Under the pieces are notes generated by a model, which was not told where the DNA came from, searched no databases, and saw only the letters and a program-made list of their open reading frames with translations. A DNA stretch of 25,545 nucleotides, from the IMG/VR virus record IMGVR_UViG_3300037308_000581, positions 1 to 25,545 of that record; one strand, written 5' to 3'. This stretch comes from a virus. Taxonomy: Duplodnaviria > Caudoviricetes. The position numbers and the translations under genes were made by a program. Shown here one piece after another: positions 1 through 9,003 of this stretch. Within the stretch, counting starts at the first letter, position 1. Every line of letters starts with the position of its first letter.

Positions 1-124
1 CAGCAAGCACTTTGCCGACATGACTAGCCAAACGCTTTTGAGTCGTCGGCAACAACAAGATGCCCTTAGCTTCCTTCAACTCCCGCTCAATCAATACTCG
101 TGCAAACAACGGACGAATCTTCAT
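1..124 (-). CDS. groES: GroES/Cpn10-like co-chaperonin (partial, runs off window edge)
   Basis: Manual translation from ATG at 124: MKIRPLFARVLIERELKEAKGILLLPTTQKRLASHVGKVLA..., matching the GroES pattern MxIRPLxDRVxV..., mobile loop GIxL, GxVxAVG. Upstream GAGGT SD; TAATG overlap with the upstream ORF. Not in the ORF track. Confidence 0.85.
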   Translation of the reverse strand, partial: MKIRPLFARVLIERELKEAKGILLLPTTQKRLASHVGKVLA

Positions 125-228
125 TACCACCTACCTCTCTCTTGACCCCATTTAATGTATTTAATTAAAACTACGATATAACACACAACGGCTCCGGCAA
201 CAAGAAGCACATTAAGTACGTCCTCCAT
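124..228 (-). CDS. 34-aa single-TM membrane micropeptide
   Basis: MEDVLNVLLVAGAVVCYIVVLIKYIKWGQERGRW; AAGGGAG SD upstream; stop overlaps the groES start (TAATG). Confidence 0.7.
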   Translation of the reverse strand: MEDVLNVLLVAGAVVCYIVVLIKYIKWGQERGRW

Positions 229-307
229 AGGCGCACTACTCCCTTTCTCGTATAAATTTAATGGGGGATTTCAGTTCAGAAGGGTACCTTACCCAGAACT
301 ACAACAT

Positions 308-335
308 ATTATACTTACACACTTATAAAAGGCAA
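308..335 (-). promoter_or_regulatory. sigma70-type promoter for micro-ORF/groES
   Basis: Minus strand TTGCCT (335-330), 16-nt spacer, TATAAT (313-308), in an AT-rich intergenic gap. Confidence 0.65.
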
Positions 336-338
336 CAA

Positions 339-953
339 TTATTTAACGCGACCTAAATATTCACCAAGAGAAAACAAATAATCTAGCGCATCAGTAGGAT
401 ATTTCCCTGTAAGCCTGTGCAACATTTGCCGTTCTACTGGGAAAACCTCCCCCACTGTGCTGCCTTGTTCGTCCAAAACACCGCGCAACCCTAAACTTTT
501 CATATATTCCAAAGCCTCAGGAGAACGATAAATACCCTCTTGGCCAGAGGTAGCTCTAGTAGCAATATATGTACGCTCTTGTTCAGGAGTCATACCATAA
601 GGAAGCCCAAGCATCTCAGGAACAGGGATAGCTCGTTGCCGTTCACTGATTAAATCAGAAACGTTCCTAACCCCGCCAGCGGGGACGAGACTTTTCGTTG
701 CCGCATCAATAGCCTCTTGTGGTGATTCAATTGGAGTACCGGGAGCCATGGGTGCAGGGATGGTACCAGCTTGAGGAGAAGCGGTCCCCTGCATAGCCCC
801 AGCGGAAACCTCTGGTTGGCGCATCCCAGGCATTCCGCCCATAATACCACCGAGCCCTTGACCCATCATCCCGCCAAGAAGACCCATACCAATCTTCCCA
901 AGGGAGCCAACAACACCACCCAAACCCTTCCCGACAGAAGCAAACGCGCCCAT
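339..953 (-). CDS. Gly/Met-rich putative virion (ejection/pilot-like) protein
   Basis: 204 aa; Gly-rich hydrophobic N-terminus; second gene downstream of portal; C-terminal domain paralogous to that of 958..1887. Function inferred from position and composition only. Confidence 0.5.
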   Translation of the reverse strand: MGAFASVGKGLGGVVGSLGKIGMGLLGGMMGQGLGGIMGGMPGMRQPEVSAGAMQGTASPQAGTIPAPMAPGTPIESPQEAIDAATKSLVPAGGVRNVSDLISERQRAIPVPEMLGLPYGMTPEQERTYIATRATSGQEGIYRSPEALEYMKSLGLRGVLDEQGSTVGEVFPVERQMLHRLTGKYPTDALDYLFSLGEYLGRVK

Positions 954-957
954 TTAT

Positions 958-1887
958 TTACGAACCCCCGATAGTATACCGATCAAGAAACTTCCAAAAT
1001 TTCTTTTCGTCGTGCTTCCGGTTATAATTCTTACCCGAAAGTGCTTCGATCAACTGCCAATCTAGACCCGTAGGGTTATGTTGACCCGCCCTCCACTGTT
1101 GAGCAAGAGCCCGATATCGATCCCATACATCCGCCGTAAAGCCAAGATTACCACCCTTACCGCTATACAGAGCGGTAGAAGCAATCCAAGCTCTTTCTTG
1201 CTCCGGGGTCATGCCCGAAGGGCGGGTTTTACCCCCAAAAGAATATCCCTCGGTCCCCGTCGTAGGAGTGGTACCAGTGTTCGGAGTACCAGTAGCTTGC
1301 TGCGTGTCTGTAGGCTGATCAAACACCCGAGTAGCAACAGAACCAGGGGCGACATCTTCATCCGCAGGAACAACACCAGCCTGAGAAATCGCTTGCTGCG
1401 GAGGACCTTTCTTAATCTCCCCATATGGCACCCCGTGATACCACTCTTTCTTCTCCCTTGGGCTCCTGTTAAGACCCTGATATTCATACATAGGGTCTAA
1501 CAGATTAACTACCTCATTCAACCCATACCACTGATCATCTGTAGGATGCTTCCCAAACCACGAATAACCGGATCTCCCCATCGTCGTTTGTCGCTCACGC
1601 CGCAACGGGATGCCTAATTCTTGAGCCCTAGAAACCCAGTAATTACGACCCCCAGTTTGTTCCTCCCCCTCAGGGCCGTACATAACCCAATCAGCCTCAG
1701 AGCCGTAAGCCCGAAGCCCTTTAATAGCCTCGTCATAAAGAGACTTAGCACCTGCATCATAAACCTGCGTATTAAAATTGGGATCTGTTGTAATGGAACC
1801 CTCATACGCTTTCTTAGCTGCCTGATATCGTTCAACTGCTTTTTGCAACGGAGTTTTGATTGGTGGGGTGCCGATAGCGGAAGGCAT
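958..1887 (-). CDS. putative virion-associated protein with Thr-rich linker
   Basis: 309 aa; abuts the portal stop, SD AAGGAGG; linker TDTQQATGTPNTGTTPTTGT; C-terminal GMTPEQER domain. Confidence 0.55.
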   Translation of the reverse strand: MPSAIGTPPIKTPLQKAVERYQAAKKAYEGSITTDPNFNTQVYDAGAKSLYDEAIKGLRAYGSEADWVMYGPEGEEQTGGRNYWVSRAQELGIPLRRERQTTMGRSGYSWFGKHPTDDQWYGLNEVVNLLDPMYEYQGLNRSPREKKEWYHGVPYGEIKKGPPQQAISQAGVVPADEDVAPGSVATRVFDQPTDTQQATGTPNTGTTPTTGTEGYSFGGKTRPSGMTPEQERAWIASTALYSGKGGNLGFTADVWDRYRALAQQWRAGQHNPTGLDWQLIEALSGKNYNRKHDEKKFWKFLDRYTIGGS

Positions 1888-3747
1888 TTATTCCTCCTTC
1901 TTAGCAGGATTCGGACTATTCAAACTACGACTCTGCCCGCTCGTACCCTGTGGATTACTATTATCTTTTTGCTCTGGTGTAGAACCCCCGCTATTTGAAT
2001 TTGATTCTCCTTGAGTGCCTGGAGGGGGAGCAGTTAGGCCAAGCAACTCGGGTGGGGGTAGAATTTCTTCCAAATTGTTAACTCTATATGCTTCAAGACG
2101 CCGCCTAATCAAATTAAAAACAATCTGAGGAGCAATCATCTGAAGCATAGGAATAAATGGTTGCATGGTTTGCCACTCTACATCATTAGCGGCCATCCTC
2201 TCCTTAGCGATGGCCATACGACCATCAATAAGCGGAATAACAAAATCATCAGGAGCATAATCCGTACCCGCTACAGTAACTATCTGAGGGCTACCCGTCA
2301 AATCTACTGCGTGCATATACTGAGTAACGGAAAGATATTTCCCATTAAGCCGATAAACTTTCTCTAGCTCCTCCTTCCAGCTTTCAACCAATCTCTCATG
2401 AATACTAGAATATACTTGTTGACTCTGTTCAAGCAGGGCAAGAACAGTGTTAGGTTGAAGCACCTTAGATATCTGACCCGTAGTACTCTCAGTAACCATA
2501 CCCAAGCGATCGGCTTTAGCGTTGAGCATTTCCAACAGGGAAGCACACAACGGGCTAGGTTCTTGCAATTCCAGCGTCTTAAGCCCTTTCTCTATATCTT
2601 CGGGGGATGCTGCCGTGCGAATGAACCTACCTACTTCCAGCTTTACCCCCTCTCCAATAAGACCGGGAGTAAGCCGGTTCGAGACAAACCCTGACATCCT
2701 GCCCACCGTAGAAAGAATCATCCCATCCAGGGCAAGACGGAGAAGACGATTAACTGCAATATTAAGTTGCCCGATAATCGACCCATACCCTAGCCCATAG
2801 ATACCATCTACATTAGGCAGGAAGTAGTAATGGGAGAAATACTCAATAGGCTGGAAATCATCCAACGGCTGACCTAGTTCATCAACCTCATATCGAATAG
2901 TGATCCTCAGAGGTTTCTTTGTCACCCAGTCCACCCATACGATAACTGGGATCATGATACCGCCCTTCTCTTCAATAAAGCGGTGTTGTTCCAGAATCAC
3001 ACAATAATCAGTTGTCTGATTCTGGGAGCTAGGTTCAACCCCAATCTCCTTATCCATCAGATGATCAACGTCGGTATACTCTTCCGTCAAATCAGTAGCA
3101 GGGACAGGAAGAGAGGAAAAGAACCCCTGCGCATGCAAACGTTTACACTTCCAAAACGGAATAGTAAGCACATGCGTCTTACGGGGTAGGTCGGCCATCG
3201 AGACACGACCCTTTGTGTAAGGCAGGATAAGTTCAGAGGGGCGTACATTCTCTACGACCGGAATACCCTTAGACCAATCATAATAAGTCTTAGTGAACAT
3301 ACTCCCGCGAATGGCAACACCAAGGAACAAAGCATCCTTATCTGCTTTATATCCCTTCATCTTGTCGAGTAGCTGCCATGTCATATGGTCCTCTACCCGC
3401 TTCGCCCGTTGAGTATCGAATAGCCCCCCTTTACCTCCGGGGACTACTCGAATAATGCGACGATTAGTAAAAATAGACCCATAAGCACGAGCGGCAAACT
3501 GATTACACGCCTCAGTCAAAATAGGCATGTTCTCTGTACTGCCCCCTTCAACAGGGGAGCTAATCTCATGCCGCTGGTGGTACAAAGCAAGCCACTCCTT
3601 TTGCTTTGTAAACCACCCAGCATTCTGATCTTTATCGATCTTATATGATTCACATACCTCGTTCCCTAAATCTCGTGCCTTCTTTGACGACCAAACAGGG
3701 GTATCAAGAAGGTTCTGAAATTCAGGTGGTATTAGTTTCGGGTCCAT
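1888..3747 (-). CDS. portal protein (podovirus-type head-tail connector)
   Basis: 619 aa with portal-like motifs: PILTEACNQFAARAY, AKRVEDHMTWQL, G..FTKTYYD, YFSHY.FLP..DGIYGLG, T.LALLEQ...VYSSIHERL......EL...YRLN. Confidence 0.85.
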   Translation of the reverse strand: MDPKLIPPEFQNLLDTPVWSSKKARDLGNEVCESYKIDKDQNAGWFTKQKEWLALYHQRHEISSPVEGGSTENMPILTEACNQFAARAYGSIFTNRRIIRVVPGGKGGLFDTQRAKRVEDHMTWQLLDKMKGYKADKDALFLGVAIRGSMFTKTYYDWSKGIPVVENVRPSELILPYTKGRVSMADLPRKTHVLTIPFWKCKRLHAQGFFSSLPVPATDLTEEYTDVDHLMDKEIGVEPSSQNQTTDYCVILEQHRFIEEKGGIMIPVIVWVDWVTKKPLRITIRYEVDELGQPLDDFQPIEYFSHYYFLPNVDGIYGLGYGSIIGQLNIAVNRLLRLALDGMILSTVGRMSGFVSNRLTPGLIGEGVKLEVGRFIRTAASPEDIEKGLKTLELQEPSPLCASLLEMLNAKADRLGMVTESTTGQISKVLQPNTVLALLEQSQQVYSSIHERLVESWKEELEKVYRLNGKYLSVTQYMHAVDLTGSPQIVTVAGTDYAPDDFVIPLIDGRMAIAKERMAANDVEWQTMQPFIPMLQMIAPQIVFNLIRRRLEAYRVNNLEEILPPPELLGLTAPPPGTQGESNSNSGGSTPEQKDNSNPQGTSGQSRSLNSPNPAKKEE

Positions 3748-3755
3748 CTAACCCC

Positions 3756-5678
3756 CTAAAAATTAGCAAGCGTCACCACCGGGGGAATAACCTCAGGGGT
3801 GCGCTCAGAAATCAAACTAGCAATAACCCCATTCTCAACCTCGTCAAATGTAAAACCTACACGCGGAGGAATATTTCTCCAAACATGAGCAACCATACCG
3901 TCACCGTGTACTTGCATATCAAGATCAAAGGAAGAAAATTTCGCCATCTCGATAAGGCGCTTCATCTCCTTCATTTCGTTTGTCTGCGCCATGTATTCGA
4001 GAGTGGTCCAATACTCCCGACCAAACTCTTTCACCTTGACATATTTACGAAGCCCATTTTCAGTACGCTTCTCAGGATCAGGATTCGTATCAAAATACTG
4101 ATCATATGCGTACAGGTGAAACTTTTGAAAACCGAGACACTGCGCAAGGGAAATACCTCGGGTACAAGATGCAGAACCACCGGAAATCAAGATAGGCACT
4201 TTATGAAACTCGGGTACGATTTTCTCTGCTGTGCTTATATTAGCATGCCAACCAATAACCTTAGCCCCCTTCTCTAGCAGCACATCCACGGTAGAGGAAT
4301 GTACCATAGAAGCAACAAAATAAATAACGTCGGGGTGAGGATCAGAAATAAAATCTTTGACATGACCACGAGGATCAAGAAGGATACATCCATATGGTAC
4401 CACCCCCTCAGCAAGCAATTTATCATGCGCATGCTTAACACAAAACACATAATGTCCTTGCTCGACATGAGTACGAATGTCCCCAAGATGATCCCGGATC
4501 AACGAAGGACCCCCGGAGCACATAACTGCTACCATGTCATGCTTCTTGCACGGGGCAATCCAATTCTTAATGCGTGGAATATTTACACGCAAATTCTCCG
4601 CCACCTGTTCATTAGGAACACAAGTTTTAGTCTGTACCTGTAACTGGACAGTGCCAACAGGCCACATTGACAGCGGCGAAAAATACATTGCCACTTCTTT
4701 TTTCTCGCCGTTAACATAAACATCCTCGCCTTTACCGGAAGGCAACGGAGAACTATCAAGAATTACCGAATGACCAAAATATGGATGCAAGGTACGAAGG
4801 GTATCGTTATCAGGACGCGGATACAATTCATCTTCAATAAAGAAATACCGCACTTTATCTTTCAGTGAATTAAGATATTCCATCTTTACCTTTTCCGACA
4901 ACCCGGTAAAAAACATAAAAGCTACATCGATATCTGAGTGGTTTTCTGGGTCAGTGACAAACTTCACTGTACTCCCTAAACCGCCACAAGCGAGTTCGAT
5001 ATAAAACAGCCGCAGCGAATCATGAGTGTTGGTGCAACACTTCCACTCCTTGCCCTCCTCCTTCGGCACATGACGAACAAACTCAAACATGGGCAAGAAG
5101 CGTGTCATCTTAAATGAGGTTGACGGATAAATAGCCATCGAGATGCGAACATTGCCCAAAACATCCACAACGGGAAGGGCGGTAGCATTCTCTTTATCTA
5201 CGACTGTATTACACCCGAATTTTGTAACATCGACACCAGAACGATAATAATCATCCAACAGCACAACTTTTGCTTTCTCTTTACAATAATCAAAATCTGA
5301 TTTAATTGTTTGTACAGAATGCCCACCATCAATAATGGCAAGATCATACTCGCCATCAACGTCTTTAAGTGTGGTCTTCGAATCCCCAACAAGCAAACGC
5401 CACGAAAAATTTGGATACTGCTTAGCAAGCTCCTCAAGCTTTTTCTCAAACTCAAAAGACGAGATTACTGATTTCTTGTTTAACTCCTTTCTATTAATCT
5501 CTTCTGTTATTTTTTCAAAGTAATCTACGCCTAAATAACGCACCGGAGCACCGTCTGCAACTGAGAGTAGCAGACCAATATTCTCTACGCTACGGTTGCC
5601 ATCACCGACGCCGACTTCCAACAACGAGGTAACACGATTCAGAATAATAGCCTCTCGGATATGCTGATACCTACGCAC
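3756..5678 (-). CDS. class I SAM methyltransferase (Methyltransf_24-like) fused to Maf/DUF115 (MptE-like) domain
   Basis: N-term LLEVGVGDG (motif I), YLGVDYF, GDS, DLAIIDGGH, VLLDDY. C-term AVMCSGGPSL, GVVPYGCILLDP, ISGGSAS..RGISLA..LGFQKFHLYAYD, typical of the MAF_flag10/DUF115 family. Confidence 0.75.
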   Translation of the reverse strand: MRRYQHIREAIILNRVTSLLEVGVGDGNRSVENIGLLLSVADGAPVRYLGVDYFEKITEEINRKELNKKSVISSFEFEKKLEELAKQYPNFSWRLLVGDSKTTLKDVDGEYDLAIIDGGHSVQTIKSDFDYCKEKAKVVLLDDYYRSGVDVTKFGCNTVVDKENATALPVVDVLGNVRISMAIYPSTSFKMTRFLPMFEFVRHVPKEEGKEWKCCTNTHDSLRLFYIELACGGLGSTVKFVTDPENHSDIDVAFMFFTGLSEKVKMEYLNSLKDKVRYFFIEDELYPRPDNDTLRTLHPYFGHSVILDSSPLPSGKGEDVYVNGEKKEVAMYFSPLSMWPVGTVQLQVQTKTCVPNEQVAENLRVNIPRIKNWIAPCKKHDMVAVMCSGGPSLIRDHLGDIRTHVEQGHYVFCVKHAHDKLLAEGVVPYGCILLDPRGHVKDFISDPHPDVIYFVASMVHSSTVDVLLEKGAKVIGWHANISTAEKIVPEFHKVPILISGGSASCTRGISLAQCLGFQKFHLYAYDQYFDTNPDPEKRTENGLRKYVKVKEFGREYWTTLEYMAQTNEMKEMKRLIEMAKFSSFDLDMQVHGDGMVAHVWRNIPPRVGFTFDEVENGVIASLISERTPEVIPPVVTLANF

Positions 5679-6495
5679 CTACGTAATCTCCCTTACGTGG
5701 ACCTTTATAGTGCTTCATGTAGTTATTCAAAATAGTATATTCCCATACATTTTTCAACACGTGATTATTATGTTTATCGCTCCACTCCCAGGGATCAAAA
5801 TCCGCCGGAACAAGATTACGATAAAAATAACCACCGGCACGAAGAGTCTTCGACAATACCGCAGTATCGGTAAATTCGTCTAAAGTATACAAATCACCGC
5901 TCACAAAGGCATTAAACATAGTATTAAGGAATTTAACTCCTCGTGCTCTCAAATTAAAGGCAATAAAACCGTTCTCCGCATAAACACTTGCAAGTTTATC
6001 AGTAGGCTTCCGCTCCAACACTACTAAATCACAATTATCATCCAAAACAAGCGAGTAAAACTCGTCATCAATAGTACGTATAAACTCTACGTCTGCGTCA
6101 ACCCATACAAGCCAATCATAATCAAGTCTATTACGTCTAATATAATTAGATTCCTGAACCAGGGCCAAGATCTTCGGGAAAAACCTGTGGGCTTGAGAGC
6201 GGAAGGAATTACAAAAGGCCAAAGTTTCTTTCTCTCTCTCAGTACCTTTATGTACTTCATAAATATCCTTTATCAAAGAAACATGCCGATTATAAAACGC
6301 AACAAGATAATTTTCCTTCAGCCTGCGCAAAAAAGGAAATCCGTCGTTATTCTCAAAGACAGCGGGATTTTCTATATACACCGTTAAAGCGGGAAGGCAC
6401 AGAGAAGCACTATTAACAAAACGTTTACCATACCACTCATATGCCTTGGGGTGAAACGAAGATATCCACTTAACACGCTGCGATGCACTTCTCAC
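5671..6495 (-). CDS. GT-A fold glycosyltransferase
   Basis: WLVWVDADV (DxD motif), ENGFIAFN, acidic D-T-A-V-L segment, C-terminal HYKG; overlaps both neighbours. Confidence 0.75.
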   Translation of the reverse strand: MRSASQRVKWISSFHPKAYEWYGKRFVNSASLCLPALTVYIENPAVFENNDGFPFLRRLKENYLVAFYNRHVSLIKDIYEVHKGTEREKETLAFCNSFRSQAHRFFPKILALVQESNYIRRNRLDYDWLVWVDADVEFIRTIDDEFYSLVLDDNCDLVVLERKPTDKLASVYAENGFIAFNLRARGVKFLNTMFNAFVSGDLYTLDEFTDTAVLSKTLRAGGYFYRNLVPADFDPWEWSDKHNNHVLKNVWEYTILNNYMKHYKGPRKGDYVGA

Positions 6496-7444
6496 AAACT
6501 GTACCCTCTACGTTCTTGTTAAGGTGAGCACGACGCATAGCCGTAAACTTATTGCTATTCCATCCATCCATAAAGGGAGTGGTTTTAAGATCAGCCATGA
6601 AAAAACGTTCATCACCATCAAAGCAACATAAGTTCAGTTGACCATCCCAAGTAATGTGCGCCTCGGTAAACAAAGACCAGCAAGGCAGCGGATCTCTTAG
6701 GCACCCCATGCGCCCACGATTACCGGGAGTAGGTTTCCAGCCCCTCTCCTTCTCCTGCTTGAAACAAAAGCTACTCATTGTATATAGTGGTAGCGCATAT
6801 ACCTCGTCAAAGCAATCACGAAATTGTTCGATTTTTTCTCGCATCCTTTCACCTTGCTCACCATCATATTCAATATAAGAAGCATAGAGACGGCACATAT
6901 GCCCCGTTTCCAAATATACCGCATCCCGAACCTTGGATGCCTGCATAATATTTTCAAGCATCGCATAATAACTTTTTTCGTTAACGCGGGCGATCGACTT
7001 AAATTGCTCTACGTCTGCATAATTAAAAGAAAACTTCAAGCTGTCAAGCCCCGCAGCAAAGCATTTATGGAGCCGTTTAGGATTGGCAAGACTTCCATTA
7101 GTAGTGAGGAAAACATATGGATAATTAGCAATATGTTTCGCAAAATGAATCTCTTCCTCAAGTTTAACGTTAGTAAACGGCTCCCCGAGATAGAAGAGCC
7201 CGATTTCCTGTACCCCCGCCTCACGCATCTCCAGCAAAAGTCTCTTGAATAGCTCTTGGTCCATTACTTCATGCCGACGATTGCCGAGCCCACGAGCACA
7301 AAAATAGCAGTTAAAATTGCACCGCCCCGTTGTTTCAATCTTACACGAAATTGGGGCGGGACAAACCCCGCTCGGGTCACGATATTCCTGAGGAATACCG
7401 GTAACCTTATCTATACGTTTAGTAATAGTATCAGTAGCACCCAT
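6470..7444 (-). CDS. radical SAM enzyme with SPASM/Twitch auxiliary Fe-S domain
   Basis: CNFNCYFC (CxxxCxxC), GEP, TTNG; C-terminal CWSLF...DG.LNLCCFD...CEKC. Start placed at ATG 7444 (GAAGGAGG SD) rather than 7486. Confidence 0.92.
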   Translation of the reverse strand: MGATDTITKRIDKVTGIPQEYRDPSGVCPAPISCKIETTGRCNFNCYFCARGLGNRRHEVMDQELFKRLLLEMREAGVQEIGLFYLGEPFTNVKLEEEIHFAKHIANYPYVFLTTNGSLANPKRLHKCFAAGLDSLKFSFNYADVEQFKSIARVNEKSYYAMLENIMQASKVRDAVYLETGHMCRLYASYIEYDGEQGERMREKIEQFRDCFDEVYALPLYTMSSFCFKQEKERGWKPTPGNRGRMGCLRDPLPCWSLFTEAHITWDGQLNLCCFDGDERFFMADLKTTPFMDGWNSNKFTAMRRAHLNKNVEGTVCEKCIAAC

Positions 7445-7601
7445 CCAACCCCCCTCCTTCGGGGAAGCCACCTTGGCGTACTTCAATACTGAGTTCTTCT
7501 AACTCAGCACGAAGCTGTTGAATTTCATCGAGCATCTCAATAAGAATATCTTTTGCCTCGTCATCCAGGGACAAAGCAAGAATACGTCTCTCCATAATCA
7601 T
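7431..7601 (-). CDS. small acidic coiled-coil hypothetical protein (56 aa)
   Basis: MIMERRILALSLDDEAKDILIEMLDEIQQLRAELEEL...; GGAG SD; ATGA overlap with the upstream stop. Confidence 0.6.
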   Translation of the reverse strand: MIMERRILALSLDDEAKDILIEMLDEIQQLRAELEELSIEVRQGGFPEGGGLDGCY

Positions 7602-8398
7602 AACACTCCAAGAAATTTCCACGGCTCCGGGGTCCGTAATTCTTCTAATGTCCATTGATATGCAGCAAGAATTTCAAACAACCGCTCTCTCTTCGCCTCA
7701 AAATCATGGTAATCTGGTTGCTCTAAACTGTCATATCCCCACCCCATACAATCCGCCACTGAAGGACCAAGGGCTATTACTGGGACACCATATCGTAAAG
7801 CCTCGGTAGCAGCATTGGAGCTGTGAACAACTACACAATAAGCATCAGTCAAAAAATCACGAAGCTGCCCCTCGTATTTTTTCTTAACCACTATCGGGCG
7901 GTCTGTATAATAGGATAACTCCTTCACAACCTCACGAATCCAGCCTTCGTGATCCAATTTCAGCCAGGGAAAATGTTCAGAAAACATAGTTGTTGGACCA
8001 CAAACGATAACGTTCCTACCGTTACGATTTAAAGGATATAAATCTACAGACTTTTTTATTCTACACCACCGACTTCGATCAATCGGTGGGTAAACAAAGC
8101 GATCAAAAGCATCGCTAACAGAAAGACCGTTGGGCGTAACACGATAATAACCGCCGTAATGTCCTCTGAGAAAATAACCGTTGTCAATGTGGTAAAACGG
8201 ATGTTGTGCCCAAACCGCTTTACAAATAACCTCATTACACCCTCTCAAAACACCCCACACTACAGCCGGTCCAGGTAAAAGTTCAGTAGTCTCTACTATC
8301 TGACCACCACAGCCAACAGCGGCGGAAGCACAAACTACACGACTATGCACATGATCAGTCATGTACACACGAGGTTTATTGTTGCTTTGCTTTCTCAT
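7598..8398 (-). CDS. KpsS/Capsule_synth-like GT-B glycosyltransferase
   Basis: HIDNGYF; YTDRPIVVK; AYCVVVHSSNAATEALRYGVPVIALG resembles the KpsS/KpsC xSSxGxEALxxGxPV motif. Start placed at ATG 8398, just downstream of a promoter. Confidence 0.65.
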   Translation of the reverse strand: MRKQSNNKPRVYMTDHVHSRVVCASAAVGCGGQIVETTELLPGPAVVWGVLRGCNEVICKAVWAQHPFYHIDNGYFLRGHYGGYYRVTPNGLSVSDAFDRFVYPPIDRSRWCRIKKSVDLYPLNRNGRNVIVCGPTTMFSEHFPWLKLDHEGWIREVVKELSYYTDRPIVVKKKYEGQLRDFLTDAYCVVVHSSNAATEALRYGVPVIALGPSVADCMGWGYDSLEQPDYHDFEAKRERLFEILAAYQWTLEELRTPEPWKFLGVL

Positions 8399-8405
8399 AG
8401 GGCGT

Positions 8406-8433
8406 AGTATACACAATGTTGAGGCTATTTCAA
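8406..8433 (-). promoter_or_regulatory. promoter of the glycosyltransferase-portal operon (apparently leaderless)
   Basis: Minus strand TTGAAA (8433-8428), N16, TATACT (8411-8406), 7 nt, ATG 8398; no SD. Confidence 0.6.
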
Positions 8434-8457
8434 TGGCCATTTACCAGAGGAAACACA

Positions 8458-9003
8458 ATGAGCGACATTCATCTTTTCCAATTACTGAAACAACGATATC
8501 ACCGCCTCACTCAAGAACAAATAGACGGGGTAAATTTTCTTGTCGGTCGTCTCCGCAACAATGAAGAATTGCTCAACAATCAACGGGCCTACATTATGGC
8601 TACTGTTGAGCACGAGACCGCCGCTCGGTTCCAGCCGATCATTGAGTATGGAAGCCGAAAATACTTCGAGCGATATGAAGGCCGCAAAAACCTCGGAAAT
8701 ATTTACACCGGCGATGGATATAAATATCGCGGAAGAGGGTACGTCCAAATCACTGGCCGGAGGAACTACGCAAAGTTCGGGCTAGAGGACGAGCCGGAAA
8801 AGGCCCTCGAACCAGAAATTGCTTATGACATCCTGGTTAGAGGAATGATGAACGGAATGTTCACCGGAAGAAAACTCTCCGACTTTGTAAATGTGGACGT
8901 ATCCAATTTCATTCACGCTCGTCAAGTCGTTAATGGCGTTGATAGAGCAGCAAAGATTGCGGATTTTGCAGAGTCTTGGAGGACTGCTTTTCTATGGTAC
9001 TAG
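8458..9003 (+). CDS. glycoside hydrolase family 19 endolysin
   Basis: HET (catalytic Glu), EYG, GN...[26 protein letters not shown]; AGAGG SD before ATG 8458. Confidence 0.9.
   Translation: MSDIHLFQLLKQRYHRLTQEQIDGVNFLVGRLRNNEELLNNQRAYIMATVEHETAARFQPIIEYGSRKYFERYEGRKNLGNIYTGDGYKYRGRGYVQITGRRNYAKFGLEDEPEKALEPEIAYDILVRGMMNGMFTGRKLSDFVNVDVSNFIHARQVVNGVDRAAKIADFAESWRTAFLWY

Noticed and set aside
650-7492. Many plus-strand and alternate-frame ORFs over the left arm (e.g. 1078..1500, 3645..4277, 6824..7252)
   Set aside because: Shadows of well-supported minus-strand genes, with no recognisable motifs.
8382-8410. Plus-strand promoter for endolysin-terL (TTGCTT-N17-TAGTAT) overlapping the leftward -10 box
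   Set aside because: Plausible bidirectional arrangement, but both boxes are weak matches, so not listed as a feature.
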